Of a stretch of DNA of 64,000 bases, positions 52,898 to 62,338 are shown one piece after another (the stretch's first letter is position 1; each line of letters starts with the position of its first letter). The stretch lies in IMG/VR virus record IMGVR_UViG_3300028797_000093. One strand, written 5' to 3'. The position numbers and the translations under genes were made by a program. The notes below the pieces were generated by a model. The model had not been told where the DNA came from and made no database searches. It worked only from the letters and a program-made list of their open reading frames with translations. This DNA comes from a virus. Its lineage: Duplodnaviria; Caudoviricetes.

Positions 52898-53415
52898 TCT
52901 GCATAAACCTCCAATATATTTGTTGTTGGTGTATTATCTAGAGATAGTTTAAATAGATATTCTTTTATTGCATCATCTAGTTTATATTTTTGATCTTTTA
53001 GAACTAGATGATGGAATCTAGTATCTGCTTCTAGTCCTTTAATATCTTTATCATAATCATTCTTGACCTTATTCATAGCAGTTAGATTCTTCTGGTTTGG
53101 ATCATTTGTATATCTAATAGAGACTTTAAGATTCCAGAAATCTTTAAGATCAATACTAGGATATACAATCAATACAGGAATATCAAGATTTTCTTTAGTA
53201 GCAATATAGTCTCTAGTCCATGGATGAGTTGACATGAATACAATCCTATCTTGGTTAGCAATATGGATAGCCATATCTACATATACTTTATACCAATTAG
53301 GATCTCTTTCTCCATTAATTTTGAATACAGAAGATTCAAGATCTATAAAATCCTTACAATTTCTTGCAAGGGTAGACTTACCAATTCCAGGATAACCGAA
53401 TATGATAGCTTTCAC
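52894..53415 (-). CDS. P-loop NTPase/kinase
   Basis: GYPGIGKST. Confidence 0.75.
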   Translation of the reverse strand: MKAIIFGYPGIGKSTLARNCKDFIDLESSVFKINGERDPNWYKVYVDMAIHIANQDRIVFMSTHPWTRDYIATKENLDIPVLIVYPSIDLKDFWNLKVSIRYTNDPNQKNLTAMNKVKNDYDKDIKGLEADTRFHHLVLKDQKYKLDDAIKEYLFKLSLDNTPTTNILEVYAE

Positions 53416-53428
53416 TCATTATTCTCCT

Positions 53429-53953
53429 TTATAGGTTAGGGTTATATACTATTTGTGACAAATCAAGATCTTTAGGATCTCCCCTATAACAAATTCCTGG
53501 AAATAGATCTACAGATCTTTTTCCTATACTATTATCATATTGAAATAAATATCTCATATTATACTCAAAGCTCATATAATAATCATCATATTCTCTTTGA
53601 GAGAACTGTCCACTCTTTTTCATTTTATTTATATCATCTTTCCATAGTTCTCCATAATCTGGATCTGGATAAATGAGAGTTAGAGGAACTTCTTTCTTAT
53701 TAGTCATATTATGCTCTTTAGCATATTGTAGATTTCTTCTATATTTATCAAACCAATATATAGCTTTCCAATTCAAATACCCTATAACAACATTTCCTTG
53801 TTTAGCAAGTTCTGTTAACAATATAGGATAGTTCTCTTCTAATGCATCGTGATAAATCATCAGTTTATCACTAATCACTACAGTATTATCATTATTTTTT
53901 AATTTTAGTATATTACTACATGGATATACTAAGTAAATATGTCTATAACTCAT
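53429..53953 (-). CDS. possible degenerate paralog of the P-loop protein
   Basis: Shares LA.QG.VV and L.YP......W features; P-loop lost. Confidence 0.45.
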   Translation of the reverse strand: MSYRHIYLVYPCSNILKLKNNDNTVVISDKLMIYHDALEENYPILLTELAKQGNVVIGYLNWKAIYWFDKYRRNLQYAKEHNMTNKKEVPLTLIYPDPDYGELWKDDINKMKKSGQFSQREYDDYYMSFEYNMRYLFQYDNSIGKRSVDLFPGICYRGDPKDLDLSQIVYNPNL

Positions 53954-54058
53954 TATAAACTTCCTAACTTGATTGAATTCGATCTAATTAATTGTTTTAG
54001 ATCAAATTAAATTGTAATTTCAACTGTATATTATTAAATAGATAAGTAGTAAGAAAGG

Positions 54059-55015
54059 ATGCTGACTCTAATGTTTAATATAAGACAAATAGAGAATGCA
54101 GATGATATATTTAAGTTTTATATAGATAAAGTTAGAACTATATTCAATTATTTTAATGGAAGAATCAATAGAATAAATAGTAATGTGCAACTAGTCATAG
54201 ATTATTATGACTATATAAATAGAAACTATGGATGTTTTATATCTCCTAATATAGTATATATTTATATTGGAGAAATAATAGAAGGATCTTATAGATTCTT
54301 TAACTATATGAATCATGATGCTATAGTTACAGAGATTATAATATCATGTATACATGAGTTAGTACATGCAGAGCAAGCATTGGATAATTCTATGTATAAG
54401 AAAGATACTACATATAAAACTCAATTAGAATTACATGCAGAGTTGGTATCTTTTGATTATATAATAAGAAATCAAAAAGAGTTGGAGTATCTATTCTCTT
54501 TTAACGTAAACTTTGGTATAGATAATATACCTGGAATGATACTACAGAATATAAACTATAACACATACACTTCTGTATTTAATAATAGTGATACTCTCAA
54601 TAAATTTGCTTCCATAGAAGATATGTATATGCAAATTTTCAAAAATGAGGGTTTTATGCAAAATTCTGAGGTTTCCTGGCTACTTACACAGGAAAGTGTA
54701 GATAACGTCGTTTTTGCAATTTTTGACTCTCTGAGAGTATTCAATTTAATGCACTCAGGAAGCCATAATTCAAAAAATTTACCATATGATGAAAAACATA
54801 TGGTAATTATTAAGAGAAATAGATTATGGAGCACAGATGGGTTTCCTAAATTTGTAGATATGATTAATAGACAAATTATACAATATAAACCACTTAAATA
54901 TAGAATATCAATTGAAGTATTAAATAGATATGATGAGTTTAAACAATTTAAAAGTTATGGATATATTATATTAAACATAGATAAAGAAAATAGATATATA
55001 AATCCAATAAGATAA
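54059..55015 (+). CDS. HExxH metallopeptidase-like protein
   Basis: CIHELVHAEQ followed by downstream E..AE. Confidence 0.6.
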   Translation: MLTLMFNIRQIENADDIFKFYIDKVRTIFNYFNGRINRINSNVQLVIDYYDYINRNYGCFISPNIVYIYIGEIIEGSYRFFNYMNHDAIVTEIIISCIHELVHAEQALDNSMYKKDTTYKTQLELHAELVSFDYIIRNQKELEYLFSFNVNFGIDNIPGMILQNINYNTYTSVFNNSDTLNKFASIEDMYMQIFKNEGFMQNSEVSWLLTQESVDNVVFAIFDSLRVFNLMHSGSHNSKNLPYDEKHMVIIKRNRLWSTDGFPKFVDMINRQIIQYKPLKYRISIEVLNRYDEFKQFKSYGYIILNIDKENRYINPIR

Positions 55016-55042
55016 AGGATTGGACCAATATCCAATCCTTTA
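55013..55042 (+). terminator. terminator of 54059..55015, bounding cluster 4 on its other side
   Basis: TAAAGGATTGGA-loop-TCCAATCCTTTA plus poly-T. Confidence 0.8.
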
Positions 55043-55050
55043 TTTTTTTT

Positions 55051-55998
55051 GTTTAAATGATAGGGTGGCGCCAAAACTCCAGTCGGTACTACTAGCAGAA
55101 TATGATAAACTAATATAGAAAGCACCACAATAGAGACCACGATTCGAGCGACTACCACGATAAGTATAATGAGCACCATTACTTTGAGCAAAATAATCAC
55201 AATAAAAAGAAGAGGCTTAAATGATAGAGCAGCACCAAGGCTCCAATCTGGACTAGAAGCAGAAAGCATACCACTAACAAAGAAAACACCACAATAGAGT
55301 CCACGACCTGATGCACCACCACGATAGGAATAGTGTGTACCACCACTTTGATAAAAATAATCACAATAATAGCTACCACTAATTTAAATGATAGGGTAGC
55401 ACCAAGGTACCAGTAAATACCAGAAAACAAATAGTTCAGAGCAACAAAGAAAGCACCACAATAAAGACCAGAGTACGAATAACAACCACGATAAGCATAA
55501 TGTGAACCACTACTTTGATAAAAATAATACTATGGTTTAAATGATATGGCAGCGCCAATATACCAGCGATTACGACCAGAATAGTCGTTTAAACTAGCAG
55601 AGAAAACACCACAGCGTAAACCATCGTCGCATTTATCTCCATGAATAGCATAATGATCACTTGAACTTTGATAAAAATAATCACAATAAAAAGACTGGTT
55701 TAAATGATAGGGCGGCGCCATAGACCCAGTAGGTATAACCAGAGCCGTAGTAGAGATTAACAAAGAAAGCACCACAATAGAGGCCATAGCTCGAGGCACC
55801 ACCACGAAGAGAATATACAGTACTCGTAGCTTTATACATGGTTTAAATGATAGGGCGGCGCCAACTCCCCAGTGGGCAAAGCTATCAGAAGACGAGCCAG
55901 AAACAGAGAAAACCCCACAAGCAAAGCCATAACTACAGAGACCACCACGAACAGCATAATGAGTGCTACTACTTTGAGAAAAATAATCACAATAAAAA
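55051..55998 (-). repeat. variable-cassette cluster 4: six orphan DGR-VR-like cassettes
   Basis: Copies begin on the + strand at about 55051, 55214, 55383, 55533, 55693 and 55839; all translate stop-free to ...CG.F...W..GA(A/T)(L/I)SFK. Confidence 0.9.
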
Positions 55999-56030
55999 AT
56001 ATGGAGAGGTAACTTAATACCTCTCCATAT
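55999..56030 (-). terminator. terminator after the HU-like gene, abutting cluster 4
   Basis: ATATGGAGAGGTA-loop-TACCTCTCCATAT. Confidence 0.85.
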
Positions 56031-56033
56031 ATT

Positions 56034-56564
56034 TTACTTCTTGTACATGGGGCATCCACTCTGTACCTTAATAGTATCATGAGCAGGAACAGTAGTGGGA
56101 ACCTTGGAGTAACGAGGAGTTCCGTCCTCATTTACACCAACCTTACGAGGATAGCTCTTTGTAGTCTCAGGAACTTCCTTACGAATGAAGGATACATCAG
56201 AATGTTCGCGGCATCCAAGAGGAAGCTTACGATTAGTCTGCATATAGGTGAGAATAAATTCCTTACCAATACGAACCATAGCATCAGATTCGATCTTGGA
56301 AGCATCTCTTTTCTGAATCAGCTTGATAGCTTCATCAGTACTGATATGGGTAGTATCAGTTACGATCTCTACACACATATTCTTATAGTCTTCAGCAGGA
56401 CAATATTCTCCTTCGAGACCATCCTTACCAAAAACACCAACCTTATAGCTCGTATCATTGAGCATAGCTTTCATAACACGAGACTCGTCTTTCTTAGAGG
56501 AACCCTTCTGAGTTAGATTCTTCTGGATATCCTCAATACAAGCCTTTACAGTTTCGTTTGCCAT
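56034..56564 (-). CDS. HU/IHF-like DNA-binding protein
   Basis: C-terminal beta-arm-like RKLPLG...F.RKEVP.....P......G.......VPAH..IKV; high-expression codons. Confidence 0.5.
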   Translation of the reverse strand: MANETVKACIEDIQKNLTQKGSSKKDESRVMKAMLNDTSYKVGVFGKDGLEGEYCPAEDYKNMCVEIVTDTTHISTDEAIKLIQKRDASKIESDAMVRIGKEFILTYMQTNRKLPLGCREHSDVSFIRKEVPETTKSYPRKVGVNEDGTPRYSKVPTTVPAHDTIKVQSGCPMYKK

Positions 56565-56590
56565 TGTGGTAAAACCTCCTAAAAATCTTT

Positions 56591-56764
56591 TTAATTAATA
56601 ATTACGGGTACTAGTGGATCAATCAATTTTCTTTCTTTTCCTTTTTCTAGAATTAACTGATTGATTTCTTCTGGGGTCATTGAAGCTAAGAGAGTAAGAA
56701 AATTATCTTTTCTAATTTCTTTCTCTTTCTTCTCCTCTTCTGTTAATTCTTTTTTAGATGGCAT
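56591..56764 (-). CDS. small protein absent from the ORF track (57 aa)
   Basis: GGAGG RBS then MPSKKELTEEEKKEKEIRKDNFLTLLASMTPEEINQLI... Confidence 0.55.
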   Translation of the reverse strand: MPSKKELTEEEKKEKEIRKDNFLTLLASMTPEEINQLILEKGKERKLIDPLVPVIIN

Positions 56765-56812
56765 TCTATACCTCCATCTTTTTATTTAATTAGTTTAGTT
56801 TGTATTATTTTA

Positions 56813-57151
56813 TTATATTGAGGAATATGTTAGAAAATCTTTAGGATAAAGGAATTGAAGTTCTGATAATGCTACAGAAGAGTTATACTTCTCATTTACA
56901 GCAGATATCATATCTTCTATTTTCTCTTTATCTTTAATTAGTATATAAATTTCTTGATACTTATCAGCTAGATTGATCTTAGAAGCTGTATAGGTACTAT
57001 TCATAAATATACTGATGACTGAAGCAAAAGCAACTTTAGCAACTATAAAGTCTCTCTCTTCAGTAATATTTTTTATATCTTCTACTTTCTTTTTAAATTC
57101 ATACTCTAATCTTTGTCTCATTATTTCAGGGTTTTGTGGTTTCTTTCCCAT
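56813..57151 (-). CDS. hypothetical protein
   Basis: ORF with AAAGGG RBS. Confidence 0.55.
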   Translation of the reverse strand: MGKKPQNPEIMRQRLEYEFKKKVEDIKNITEERDFIVAKVAFASVISIFMNSTYTASKINLADKYQEIYILIKDKEKIEDMISAVNEKYNSSVALSELQFLYPKDFLTYSSI

Positions 57152-57302
57152 ATATCATTAACCCTTTCTATATTTTTATAGTATTTAATCCTAATTCTAT
57201 TTAAATAGGAACTATTAGTATGTATTGCCTGTTTTAAAAGGTTATTTTAGATCATATTAACAAAATAATAAATTGAAATATAGCCCAATTGGAGGTTTAT
57301 AT

Positions 57303-59837
57303 ATGAAAACAATAGAGGATCTAAAGCCATTACGGATGTATTCTCCAAAAACTAAACTATATGCTCCTACAAATGTAATGAATAAAAGAAAAGGAGCTGC
57401 AATATTACTATTAACTCGTAGTACTGATGAATCAGAAATGATAATGAATCTTCCATATATCTATAACCCAAATCTATTTGTATCTTACTATATCAGCAAG
57501 AATGTAAATGCTTACATTAAGTCTAATAATATAGAAGTAGATACGAATGATATTGATGATGATACTAGTCTGAGTACAAAAGAAATGGATGAGCTGATGA
57601 ATGAAGCTACAATCTTTTCAAGACTAGGAAACAGATATCCTAATATTAAATATGATAATGAATCTTGTTCCACATATGATATAGCTTTCTTCAAAGATGC
57701 TTTGTCTAAGGATTTTATTACTGAATGTATGGAGAAACTTCAGTATAATAATCTATCTGGTACTATCACAGTATTTGCTCATAAAGATCCTGATGATTTT
57801 ATCAGTAAAACCAGTGATGCAAATCCTTACAGTTATTATACTTCTAATCAACTCCATATGCTCTCCAAATCTTCTTGGGAAGCTAATTGTAGTGATAAGA
57901 GCTATACTGATTATATAAGAACAGTATTTGTATCATATATGATCAAGAGAATGAGTCCTAAGATCAATTTCTTCTTAGCTCATCTATATGCTTCTTATAT
58001 TATAAAAAATCCAAATAATAATGTAGTAGAATATACTAATATTTTCAATGGTCTAGATAAACTGGTAGCAGAATTTGGTTTCTCTACTATCTTGGCCAGT
58101 ATTTACAAGTACACCATTGATCCTGTATATAAATTTCTTAATACTAATACAGTAAACTATATTAAGAGTTCTATCAAGACATCTACATCTGTATTATCAG
58201 AGATTACTCTTAATGATGCTATTCAATCACATGGATATTACTATGATGAGAGATGGAATAGTATCATTGAATATAATGGTGATCTATATAGAGAAAGAGT
58301 AGAATGTCTTGTAATAGATAAAGAAGACAAATCTGTCTTTCTTTATTTTAAGAAAGATGGATCATACAATATTCCTGGTGGATCTACAGAAAAAGATAAA
58401 GAAAATGAAGATCAAGTGGCTGCTGAATGTAAAGAAGAAGCTAGAATCTCTATTAAGAATATTAAGAGTACAGAATTGGTTTATCTGGTTAAATATGATA
58501 GTTCTCCAGATTGGATGAAGTTATACCCAATTAAATGGTCTGGAGCAATTAATAGAGTATATACTGCAGATTATGATAAACCATATACTGGTATTATAGA
58601 TGATATAGATAAAGATAATGATATGTATAGGTTTGGTAAGTTCTATAAGATAGAGGATGTATATAAATTTCTATCTCCTATACATAAGGTTGCTATTATG
58701 AATTATCTAAAAACTAATAAGATGAAGATTAGATTAGCTCTTAATACAACCAAAAGTTCAGTAAATGAATCTGGAGATAGATATGAAAAATTAAATCAAT
58801 CCAACTATAATGAAGCTGTTTTAACAGAGAATGGTTATCTTGTAGAAGATGATTATTTTATCTATAATAATATCAATGATGAAAGTATAATTTCTTTCTT
58901 TAACAAACCAGAATATATCACTGAAGCTATTAAAATCAATAAGAAGTTTGATGATACTGTTTTAAGAAAATATCTATATAAAGAACGTATCAGAACTAAT
59001 AGAGAACTAACAGCTATGTATGCTGATATTAAAGCTAGAAACCCATGGATAAAAAGAACTTATCCATATATCAATAGATACATGGGATTTAATATCTATA
59101 TAGATTTTTCATATTATCATTCTGTATTCTTAAAGAATAATATGATCAAAAATGATAAGGGTGTAGGAGTTTATTGGGATATTATTAATAGACTTCTAGA
59201 TACAGAAGAAATTAATAAGAACTATAATAAACAGACTATTATAATTCCTGTGAATGCTAACTCATGGAATGTAAGCAATCCTGAGGATCTATTTAACTTT
59301 AGAGTTAGTATCAATCCAATATCTACTATAGTAAGACTACTAAGAAGTAATCCTATGGAACTTCATAAATGGGATAATAAGAAAATCCTCTTTGTAAGTA
59401 ATAAAGGATTCTTTACACTAGATTTTGGCACTTTCTCTATGGCTAATATAAATAGGTTTAAGAAGTTCATTAGAATGCTGATGAATTTTGAACCTATTGT
59501 ATATGAAGATGACGATGAAGATATTAATGTAGATACTAAAGCTGTAACTATCAATAAAGCTCTAGATAATATTGAGAAGTCTACTGGTGTACAACTCAGT
59601 AATTCCAGTGAACCTCAAATAAATAAAGATATAGTAAATATCAAAAGTGATATAGTATCAGGTTCTGCTATTAGAGTTATGACTCTTACTAAAGCTAAAG
59701 TAGTGCTTCCTATAGTTAATGGAGTTAAGAATCTAGTATATTACCTTACTCCTAGTCAGGATACTACCATTAAGAGTCTAAATAAAGAAGATAATATCTC
59801 TAATAAAAAAGAAATTAAGAATATTACAGTAATCTAA
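57303..59837 (+). CDS. large protein with an internal Nudix hydrolase domain (probably virion-associated)
   Basis: Nudix-box variant PGGSTEKDKENEDQVAAECKEEARI; GGAGG before ATG 57303; AACA-N6-TA at 57259-57270. Confidence 0.7.
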   Translation: MKTIEDLKPLRMYSPKTKLYAPTNVMNKRKGAAILLLTRSTDESEMIMNLPYIYNPNLFVSYYISKNVNAYIKSNNIEVDTNDIDDDTSLSTKEMDELMNEATIFSRLGNRYPNIKYDNESCSTYDIAFFKDALSKDFITECMEKLQYNNLSGTITVFAHKDPDDFISKTSDANPYSYYTSNQLHMLSKSSWEANCSDKSYTDYIRTVFVSYMIKRMSPKINFFLAHLYASYIIKNPNNNVVEYTNIFNGLDKLVAEFGFSTILASIYKYTIDPVYKFLNTNTVNYIKSSIKTSTSVLSEITLNDAIQSHGYYYDERWNSIIEYNGDLYRERVECLVIDKEDKSVFLYFKKDGSYNIPGGSTEKDKENEDQVAAECKEEARISIKNIKSTELVYLVKYDSSPDWMKLYPIKWSGAINRVYTADYDKPYTGIIDDIDKDNDMYRFGKFYKIEDVYKFLSPIHKVAIMNYLKTNKMKIRLALNTTKSSVNESGDRYEKLNQSNYNEAVLTENGYLVEDDYFIYNNINDESIISFFNKPEYITEAIKINKKFDDTVLRKYLYKERIRTNRELTAMYADIKARNPWIKRTYPYINRYMGFNIYIDFSYYHSVFLKNNMIKNDKGVGVYWDIINRLLDTEEINKNYNKQTIIIPVNANSWNVSNPEDLFNFRVSINPISTIVRLLRSNPMELHKWDNKKILFVSNKGFFTLDFGTFSMANINRFKKFIRMLMNFEPIVYEDDDEDINVDTKAVTINKALDNIEKSTGVQLSNSSEPQINKDIVNIKSDIVSGSAIRVMTLTKAKVVLPIVNGVKNLVYYLTPSQDTTIKSLNKEDNISNKKEIKNITVI

Positions 59838-59885
59838 AAAAAATAAATAGTAGAAGGGTAAATATCCTTCTACTATTTTTTATAT

Positions 59886-60034
59886 GATACTGGTTTAAAT
59901 GATAGGGCGGCGCCACGATGCCATACAAGCCCAGAAGCAGCAAAGTTCAGAAAAACAAAGAAAGCACCACAAACGAGCCCATTGTTCGAGGTACCACCAC
60001 GAATAGCATATGCAGTACTCGTAGCTTTATATAT
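59886..60034 (-). repeat. variable-cassette cluster 5: single orphan DGR-VR-like cassette between two hairpins
   Basis: YKATSTAYAIRGGTSNNGLVCGAFFVFLNFAASGLVWHRGAALSFKPVS; hairpins at 59845-59878 and 60043-60080. Confidence 0.9.
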
Positions 60035-60042
60035 GGGATAAA

Positions 60043-60080
60043 AAATAAAAGGTAAGCATATTACAGCTTACCTTTTATTT
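60043..60080 (-). terminator. terminator abutting cassette 16
   Basis: AAATAAAAGGTAAGC-loop-GCTTACCTTTTATTT. Confidence 0.85.
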
Positions 60081-60083
60081 AAA

Positions 60084-61061
60084 TTATTTCTTATCCAAAT
60101 TCTCAAGGTACTTCAATACTCTTGTAGCAGTTTTTCTGTCTTTTACTGCTTTTACAATATTTGTACCATCAGACATATGAGCAAATACTATAGCATTATT
60201 TGAAAATGGATTTGCAACAATCTTTTTATCATCTGTGATAGGATATACTTCAATCATTGGAAAATCACAATACATCAACCAAGGAGTATCATCATTTCTG
60301 ATATTATATTTAACCAAGAAGCATAAATAATCTGTATAATATACAAATCTATAGAAAGCGTATTTGATAGAGATATCTTCACCATCATCTACAAAATTAT
60401 ATGTCTTAATCATATTAAATCTAGTCTGCAAAGCTACCAATATAAGATCTATAACTTCAGCAGAAAAATCACTACCAGGATATGTGATAGCATACTTAGT
60501 TAAATTTTCATCATATACTTTATAATATTCTTTACCATAATCAGATCTACTGATTCTACTAGAATCCTGAGTAGGAAAGCTGTTTTGTCTCAGCATTCTA
60601 GAAGCATATTCAAAAGGAATCTCAATATAGTTTGGATTACCAACTTCTTCTCTGCTTCTTACAAAGAAATGATTATTATTAGTCTTGAAGATAAAATCTC
60701 CAATATGAAGTCTATGATCACCATTTTTACCAGCAGAAGCTTTAAGTACTTTACTGGTTACAAATTTTCCATTTAGAAGAACTTTCTCTTCTTCATATAT
60801 AATATCATTAGAGACTTTAGCCTCAGGATTAGTAAAGATTTTCATAAAGTTAAAAACTTTATCAATATCTCCATCATATTGAATTCCAACGAGAATTCTA
60901 TTATCATGAACTACAAAGCTTAGATCATCTTTATCATATGCAATACAAATAGTATCATACTGATTTATATCAGGAATTTCTTTTTTCTCCTGTTTCTCTT
61001 TCTTAGATTCTTTATATTCTGAAAAGAAACCTGAGACATCTTTCTTCTTATTTTTATTCAT
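60084..61061 (-). CDS. hypothetical protein with degenerate KKPV/GD-family domain(s)
   Basis: GIQYDG.......F...L.IGDFIFK....FF. Confidence 0.55.
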   Translation of the reverse strand: MNKNKKKDVSGFFSEYKESKKEKQEKKEIPDINQYDTICIAYDKDDLSFVVHDNRILVGIQYDGDIDKVFNFMKIFTNPEAKVSNDIIYEEEKVLLNGKFVTSKVLKASAGKNGDHRLHIGDFIFKTNNNHFFVRSREEVGNPNYIEIPFEYASRMLRQNSFPTQDSSRISRSDYGKEYYKVYDENLTKYAITYPGSDFSAEVIDLILVALQTRFNMIKTYNFVDDGEDISIKYAFYRFVYYTDYLCFLVKYNIRNDDTPWLMYCDFPMIEVYPITDDKKIVANPFSNNAIVFAHMSDGTNIVKAVKDRKTATRVLKYLENLDKK

Positions 61062-61367
61062 TCAAACCTCCTCATATGTCTTCCAGAATATATCTGGTTT
61101 ACAAGGATAGAATTCTCCATTTACTCCCTTTATAATAAAATCACCTTTATTAGCAATCATATCACCCTCAAGGGTTCTGATAGCAAAGCTAATTTTAGGA
61201 CTTTCTTTGTTAGGATCAAGAGCATCATATACTTTTACAATACAATTCTCTTTACCAACAAACTGAATAGCATACTCATAGTTATCTTCTGTATACTCTA
61301 GAGCCTCAATAATTACAGGCTTCTTTTTATATTTCCTAATGTTCTCACTCTGTCCTCTATTAGCCAT
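61062..61367 (-). CDS. conserved small phage protein (KKPVxIEA...TLEG...GD.II.G..GE.YPCKPDIF family)
   Basis: Full family motif present. Confidence 0.8.
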   Translation of the reverse strand: MANRGQSENIRKYKKKPVIIEALEYTEDNYEYAIQFVGKENCIVKVYDALDPNKESPKISFAIRTLEGDMIANKGDFIIKGVNGEFYPCKPDIFWKTYEEV

Positions 61368-61418
61368 TATAATATATTACCTCCTAATAAATTAAATTAT
61401 TATTAGGTAATAAATAAT

Positions 61419-62228
61419 TTAAATTTTAAACTTATAGAAAGTTTCAAATTCATTAATTAACCAAATATCTGCTTGGTCAAATGTTTTGGTTATCTTTCTA
61501 TTCATATAAGCAATCCAATCAACAATTTCTTCCTCTTGAGCCCAAGGTCCATATGTATGATTGCAACTGCTCAATAAACCACATTCAGAAAGATAAGCAT
61601 GAACAATCTCATGATGTAGAGTATGTCTTTCTTGTTCATATTTCCATATAGCAGGTTTATCTTTATATCTATCTGTAGTAGATGTATCTAGTAATTTAAT
61701 CTGCTTAAGATTTACATCACACATTCCTTGAATTACAGAATCTATTTCATTAGTTCCATCAGGATATCTAAACATACAATAATCTGTTCCAAGAATAGAA
61801 ATTACATTATTCGTATTTTGAGTCTCTTTTTCTATTCTATCTTCTTGATTCTCACATACAGCTTCTATCATATCTTCTGTTATACTTTTCTTCTCAATCA
61901 TATTTACTTCCTTAAAATTCTTATCAAATATTTCAGGCTTATAAGTATAATAATACTTCTTCTTAATATCATATACTAGATATTCATACGTGAATAGATA
62001 GATATGATCTTCTGTATTATTGAAATCTATCTTAATATCTATATATGTTTTAGAAGTTCCATCATTATATTGATCTGAAAGTAAAGAATAACTATATACA
62101 ATAGGTTTATCATCCAAAAATACAATAGGTCTATTTTCTAAGAATTCTATAACATCTTCTGCATTGTATCCAGTATATAGAATAGCATCATAGAAGTTTC
62201 CTTCTTTGTCTTGATACTTTTTAAGCAT
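61419..62228 (-). CDS. KKPV/GD-family domain fused to an HExxH domain
   Basis: AILYTG.N...V.EF...YKPEIF.K.F..V, then LHHEIVHA...EE..VDW. Confidence 0.6.
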   Translation of the reverse strand: MLKKYQDKEGNFYDAILYTGYNAEDVIEFLENRPIVFLDDKPIVYSYSLLSDQYNDGTSKTYIDIKIDFNNTEDHIYLFTYEYLVYDIKKKYYYTYKPEIFDKNFKEVNMIEKKSITEDMIEAVCENQEDRIEKETQNTNNVISILGTDYCMFRYPDGTNEIDSVIQGMCDVNLKQIKLLDTSTTDRYKDKPAIWKYEQERHTLHHEIVHAYLSECGLLSSCNHTYGPWAQEEEIVDWIAYMNRKITKTFDQADIWLINEFETFYKFKI

Positions 62229-62338
62229 TATTAGATACCTCTCTTCTTATTTCCTTTTATTGTTCTTAATAACTGTAATAGCACATATAATGATAACCAG
62301 TAATAATATAATGGAAAGAGCCATCAAAATATATATGA

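Noticed and set aside
6520-60034. A complete DGR (RT, TR, Avd) within the window, or one cassette serving as the TR
   Set aside because: No ORF has RT motifs, and no cassette has AAY at most variable codons, so all look like mutagenised products.
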